This document shows positions 59,373-64,000 of a DNA stretch of 64,000 nt, one piece after another. The notes under the pieces were generated by a model. It was not told the origin of the DNA and did no database searches. It saw nothing but the letters and a program-made list of their open reading frames with translations. The position numbers and the translations under genes are program-made. Origin of the DNA: Squalus acanthias (lineage: Eukaryota); the NCBI GenBank assembly GCA_030390025.1, contig CM059425.1:167216001-167280000 (forward strand), given 5' to 3'. Within the stretch, counting starts at the first letter, position 1; every line of letters begins with the position of its first letter.

Positions 59373-59764
59373 ATAGATTTGTAAATAAATGTACTAATGT
59401 TTAGATGGTTGAGATACTGTGAACAATACATTCTCAGGGCTAGCTAATTGCCTAAAAGTATTTTTTTTTAAAGTCAAATTTTGTTACTTTTTCACATTGC
59501 TTTTGCTATAGTAATGTGTTTGTCTACACTTCTTGCTTTTGTGTCTGTCTTGATTATGAGAGATTGCACATTTCACCTTTAATTTCTTCAGTCTTGGTTT
59601 CTTAATGAAAAAGTAACTAATTTGCCCTCACCAGCCTGAACCGTAACGTGTATACACAACATTGTAATGGAAATAACAAGTGATTTAATTAAAGTCAATT
59701 GCAAACCCTGCAAAGAAAGACTTGAAGAATGTCAATATTCACACTATTTAAAACACAGATTTTT

Positions 59765-59875
59765 TTTGCTACATTACAACAGTGACTACACTTCAAAAAG
59801 TACTTCATTGGCTGCAAAGCACTTTGGGACATCCAGTGGTCATGAAAGGCGCTATATAAATGCAAGTCTTTTTTT
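59765..59875 (+). mobile_element. Deu-domain SINE 3' tail
   Basis: CTACATTACAACAGTGACTACACTTC...GAAAGGCGCTATATAAATGCAAGTCTTT. Confidence 0.8.
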
Positions 59876-60435
59876 CTCTATCAGTCTACTTTATTACTTC
59901 ACTATTATTTCTCTTTCTGTTTATTGATTCAGCTCTGTCCCACTCCACTTTCAAGATCTAGGAAAGAAATGAACAAGAATTGGGACAGTTTTTAAACAAT
60001 GGCAGGCAAAATGCAACCAAAGAAAATTTTGTTTTAATGTAATTGCCACATACTCACCTAAGCAAGGAAAGAATTTGCATTGTCTTATGGATAGCAGCTC
60101 ATATCTGGGAACCTCCCATAGCTGTAACTTTTAGTCAACTGGATGAACACTGCAACCTATTGTTATGCTTGAGAATCTCCAAACCAAGCTTTTGAGAAAT
60201 CTATACAAGAAGAGTTTCTGTTTGCACACACTCGCCCCATAGGGACATACCTCTCTTACCTAAGTCTAAGAGAGCTTTGGTGCAGGTTTGCAAAAGTCAA
60301 TGTTTTGGGACCCCCTAAGTGTGTACAGAAATAGTGCTGGGGTTTAGCCAACTAAAATAGCATCTTATTAGACCGAAACACTGGAAAGCCTCCTGCTGCT
60401 TATTCAGCTTGTACCACTTTACCCATTAAGACCCA

Positions 60436-60853
60436 TGGGGTGTGGGTTCAAGTCTAACTCCAGAGACTTGAGCACAAAATTCAGGCTGACACTCCAGTGC
60501 AGTACTGAGGGAGTGCTACACTGTCAGAGGTGCCGTCTTTCAGATGAGATGTTAAACCAATCTGTTCTCTCTGGTGGACATAAAAGATCCCAGGGCACTA
60601 TTTCGAAGAAGAGCAGGAGAGTTATCCCTGGTGTCATGACCAATATTTATCCCTCAATCAACATCAATAAAAAAAACAGATTATCTGGTCATTATCACAT
60701 TGCTGTTTGTGGGACTTCGCTCTGCGCACATTGGCTGCCGTGTATGCTACATTACAACAGTGACTATACTTCAAAGGAACTTAATTGGCTGTAAAGCGCT
60801 TTGGGACGTCCTGAATTCGTGAAAGGCGCTATATAAATACAAGTCTTTCTTTT
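60436..60853 (+). mobile_element. Deu-domain SINE (SacSINE1/AmnSINE-like), near complete
   Basis: B-box-like GGTTCAAGTC, Deu core CAGTGCAGTACTGAGGGAGTGCT...GATGAGATGTTAAACC...AAAAGATCCC.GGCACTATT, L2-like tail. Confidence 0.8.
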
Positions 60854-61324
60854 ACTTGTAGCATTATCTAGAGTCAAGGAGAAGAAATCCTAGCCCCCAA
60901 TTTTAGGCCTAGCCATTTTTGTTCTACTAATGCAGCTGGGTGGTCAATCAACAAACATGTCCTGGAGTATTTGGGCCTACCTGTCTCGGGTATCTGATTA
61001 TCGAGTCTGCCAAAGATTGGCCATTAGGTAACTGATGAGTTTGAGCTTTTGTTAAGTGGACAGCAGACTAAGAGACTCCCTGAAGCAGCACGGTGAGCAA
61101 CACCACTTACATAAAATGTATGAATGTGTTGCTACCATCCTGACCACAACATGGGGACACACTATACTCACTTAAGTGATGGTTCCACATTTAGAGATAC
61201 GGAGATTCAGCAGCAGCTGCTTGCCTTTCTACAACCCAGTTATGGTAAGTACCAAACCCTTGATGTATGCTACTACTAGCATCCAAATAACTCTTCCGCT
61301 ATCTTCCTCAGCCTCAAGCATTTC

Positions 61325-61512
61325 TTATCTAGACATTTATATAGCGCCTTTCATGACTTCAGGACGTCCCAAAGCATTTTACAGTCAGTGAAATACTTTG
61401 GAAGTGTAGTCGCTGTTGTAGGAAACACGGCAGCCAATTTGCTCACAGCAAGGTCCTACAAAAAGCAATCTGATAATGACCAGGTAATTTTTAGTGATGT
61501 TGGTTGAGGGGC
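61325..61512 (-). mobile_element. Deu-domain SINE 3' part
   Basis: Reverse complement of 60645-60845. Confidence 0.75.
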
Positions 61513-62716
61513 CAGTTTTCACACTGCTGCCACTGAGACTCAAGAATAATGGCACTGGTGACCTGACCATGGTGTGATTTATGGATTTAAAGGGTTCATC
61601 AGTTCAATTTACACATGCCTCTCTAAATTGTCTGTAAGTTGCAGTGAAAGTATCTTGGGTATGTTGTTATAAATGTAAACAAACAAAGACTACTTGTAAT
61701 TGGGCAGACCTGTAACACTATCTCAATGATCTTGTTTTAAAAATAATTAAAGAGACACACATCATAACTGACCAACAATGAAAATTCAATGGTTTACAAG
61801 GCAATAAAAAAAATTAATGAAAGGAATGATTTGTTTACACTATGGGGATAATGATTTGTTTCTAGGTAGGGTCAGCATAATTTTTTTAAATGCTGCTGCC
61901 CTAGATCGCTTTTTTTTTTGCTATTTGTTGGACTACATCGCCGACTTGGTCCTATCTCTAAGCCTGGGTCCTGCAAGCGAGCTGAACATTTGGGCAGAAT
62001 CTTAATTTTAACAGCGAGATGAGGCTATCCACAGGGCGTCCACTTACTTTATGTTACGGATTAAAGATCAGAAGAATAATTGAGAGGCATTGATGTGCCG
62101 GGAAACAGGCAGATGCATTGGGCTGGGGTCAGGTCAACATGGCACTTAAGTTGCATCTGCTACATGCAAGTACTCAGCGATAAGGAATTCACCCTTATGC
62201 AATCTATTGAAAGGATCATAAATTTTAATGGACAATTTAAAATCTAAGTTGGAACATTGGGGAGAGAGAAAATCTGCAGTACAAATGCCCTCCGCACTTC
62301 TGGGAGTAATATGCCATCATTCAAATTGACCATGAGCTTCGCCGCTTCCTTTTCGATGCTATGCTTGCTATGGCATATTCTAATTATTTTTCCAGCAAAT
62401 TTTGGCATACATTAGTAACTAGAGCTTTAACATTGTTGTAAAGCAATTTAAGTTCCATACTGGAGCTAAACTTGGAATGTCAATCCTGAGTCAGGGCCCA
62501 ACCTGACTCGAGTAAAGTGGAGTAAGATTGTCTGGAAGCGGCAGTCTCACACTGATTTGAATTGACATTGTATAGAGTGTAAATCCAGTGTCACTTCAAA
62601 TCTGGTTTGCAAAGTGATCACTTCCTACCTTTCTTCTGTTTAAATGTTTAGTGAGTGAGGATTCTACCCTCACTAATGTTTCTAAAATTTAAATTTACAT
62701 CTATTGGAAGAGAGCT

Positions 62717-62733
62717 ATATATATATATATATA
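62717..62733. repeat. (TA)n microsatellite
   Basis: Direct dinucleotide run. Confidence 0.8.
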
Positions 62734-62816
62734 GGAAACTCTTTGGTATCCGGCACCGACGGGACCGGCGTGGTGCCGGTTGATCGAAAGTTCCGGATAA
62801 CAGAGAGTTATATCTA
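62732..62816 (-). mobile_element. One arm of the Tc1/mariner-type MITE family seen at 44247-44610
   Basis: AGGAAACTCTTT...CCGGCACCGACGGGACCGGCGTGGTGCCGGTT...CCGGATAAC is the reverse complement of 44526-44610. Confidence 0.75.
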
Positions 62817-63144
62817 CCGAGGCTATTTTTAACAAAGAAAAATAAAAAAATCAAGAAATGTGCAGTATACAGTATTTGGGTACTCACCTACAGAATGTTG
62901 TGTTAAATGGATGGTGGAAGATGCTTGATTAAGTACAGTACTACCCCCACTGACTAACTCGGCGGGCTCGGGCTCGGACTCGGCAACATTGCCGATTATT
63001 TGAGAAAAGCAATATCAACAGGGTTCTGCCTGGCTGGAACCTGTACTGTGAAAAACAGTGACTGCTATGTAAGTTGACCCTTAAATGACTAGCGCACTGT
63101 TTCTTCTGGAAAGTCTCCTTGCTCTCCTCTGGCCATTAGACCTT

Positions 63145-63720
63145 GTTTTTTTTAAATTCATTCACGGGATGTGGGCATTGGTGGCAAGGCTAGCATTTAT
63201 TGCCCATCCCTAAGTTCCCTTGAGCTGCCTTCTTGAACCGCTGCAGTCCGTGTGATGAAGATACTGCCGCAGTGCTGTTTAGTAGGGAGTTCCAGGATTT
63301 TGACCCTGCTACGATGAAGGAACGGCGATATATTTCCAAGTCAGGATGGTGTGTGATTTGGCGGGGAGCTTGGAGGTGGTGCTGTTCCCATGCGCCTGCT
63401 GCCCTTGTCCTTCTAGGTGGTAGAGGTCGCGGGTATGGGAGGTGCTGTCTAAGAAGCCTTGGTGAGTTGCTGCAGTGGATCTTGTAGATGGTACATGCTG
63501 CAGCCACGGTGTGCTGGTGGTGGAGAAAGTGAATGTTTACGGTGGTGGATGGGGTGCCAATCAAGCGGGCTGCATTGTCCTGGATGGTGCCGAGCTTCTT
63601 GAGTGTTGTTGGAGCTACACTCATCCAGGCAAGTGGCGGGTATTCCATCACATTCCTGACTTATGCCTTGTAGATGATGGAAATGCTTTGGGGAGTCATG
63701 AGGTAAGTCATTCGCCACAG
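63145..63720 (-). mobile_element. 3' part of the LINE family seen at 20057-22023
   Basis: ORF 63190..63651 (MEYPPLAWMS...) and T-rich tail. Confidence 0.85.
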
Positions 63721-63978
63721 CATAGAAACATAGAAACATAGAATCTAGGAGCAGGAGTAGGCCATTCGGCCCGTCGAGCCTGCTCCACCATTCAATACGA
63801 TCATGGCTGATCATTCAAATCCAGTACCCTGTCCCTGCTTTAATCCCCACAGTACACATATCCCACCCTACCCCCGTAACCCCACGTATTTAATTCCCCC
63901 TAACATATCCCATCCTATCCCCATAACCCCACATATTTAATCCCCCCCTAACACTAAGGGTCAATTTATCATAGCCAG
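63721..63978 (-). mobile_element. 3' part of an HE1-like V-SINE
   Basis: Near-identical reverse complement of 52745-53000. Confidence 0.9.
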
Positions 63979-64000
63979 CCTCTGACCTCTACAGTATATA

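Overview
Eukaryotic, repeat-dense genomic DNA, most likely from a cartilaginous fish (shark-type CR1/L2 LINEs, HE1-like V-SINE, Deu-domain SINEs, Penelope tails; taxon inferred from repeat content only). The only host gene visible is exon 1 of a FAM174-family single-pass membrane protein (37262-37563, +). It has a CpG-rich ETS/CRE/E-box promoter, a 40-bp minisatellite upstream and a 27-bp minisatellite downstream, and its first intron appears to run past the window end. Almost everything else is transposable elements. The main ones are: (1) a structurally complete two-gene PIF/Harbinger DNA transposon (24263-28517; TIRs, TTT TSD, open DDE transposase, convergent 3-exon Myb/SANT gene with one homopolymer frameshift) and a cognate 891-bp MITE (58482-59372); (2) a CR1 LINE with both ORFs open (SGNH-esterase ORF1, EN-RT ORF2) and a duplicated 3' module; (3) several deep transposon-in-transposon nests resolvable by TSDs; (4) tiny Penelope-tail insertions with 11-14 bp TSDs and hammerhead-ribozyme remnants. 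All families are known classes. What may be new is these specific families and their arrangement, which needs database searches to establish.
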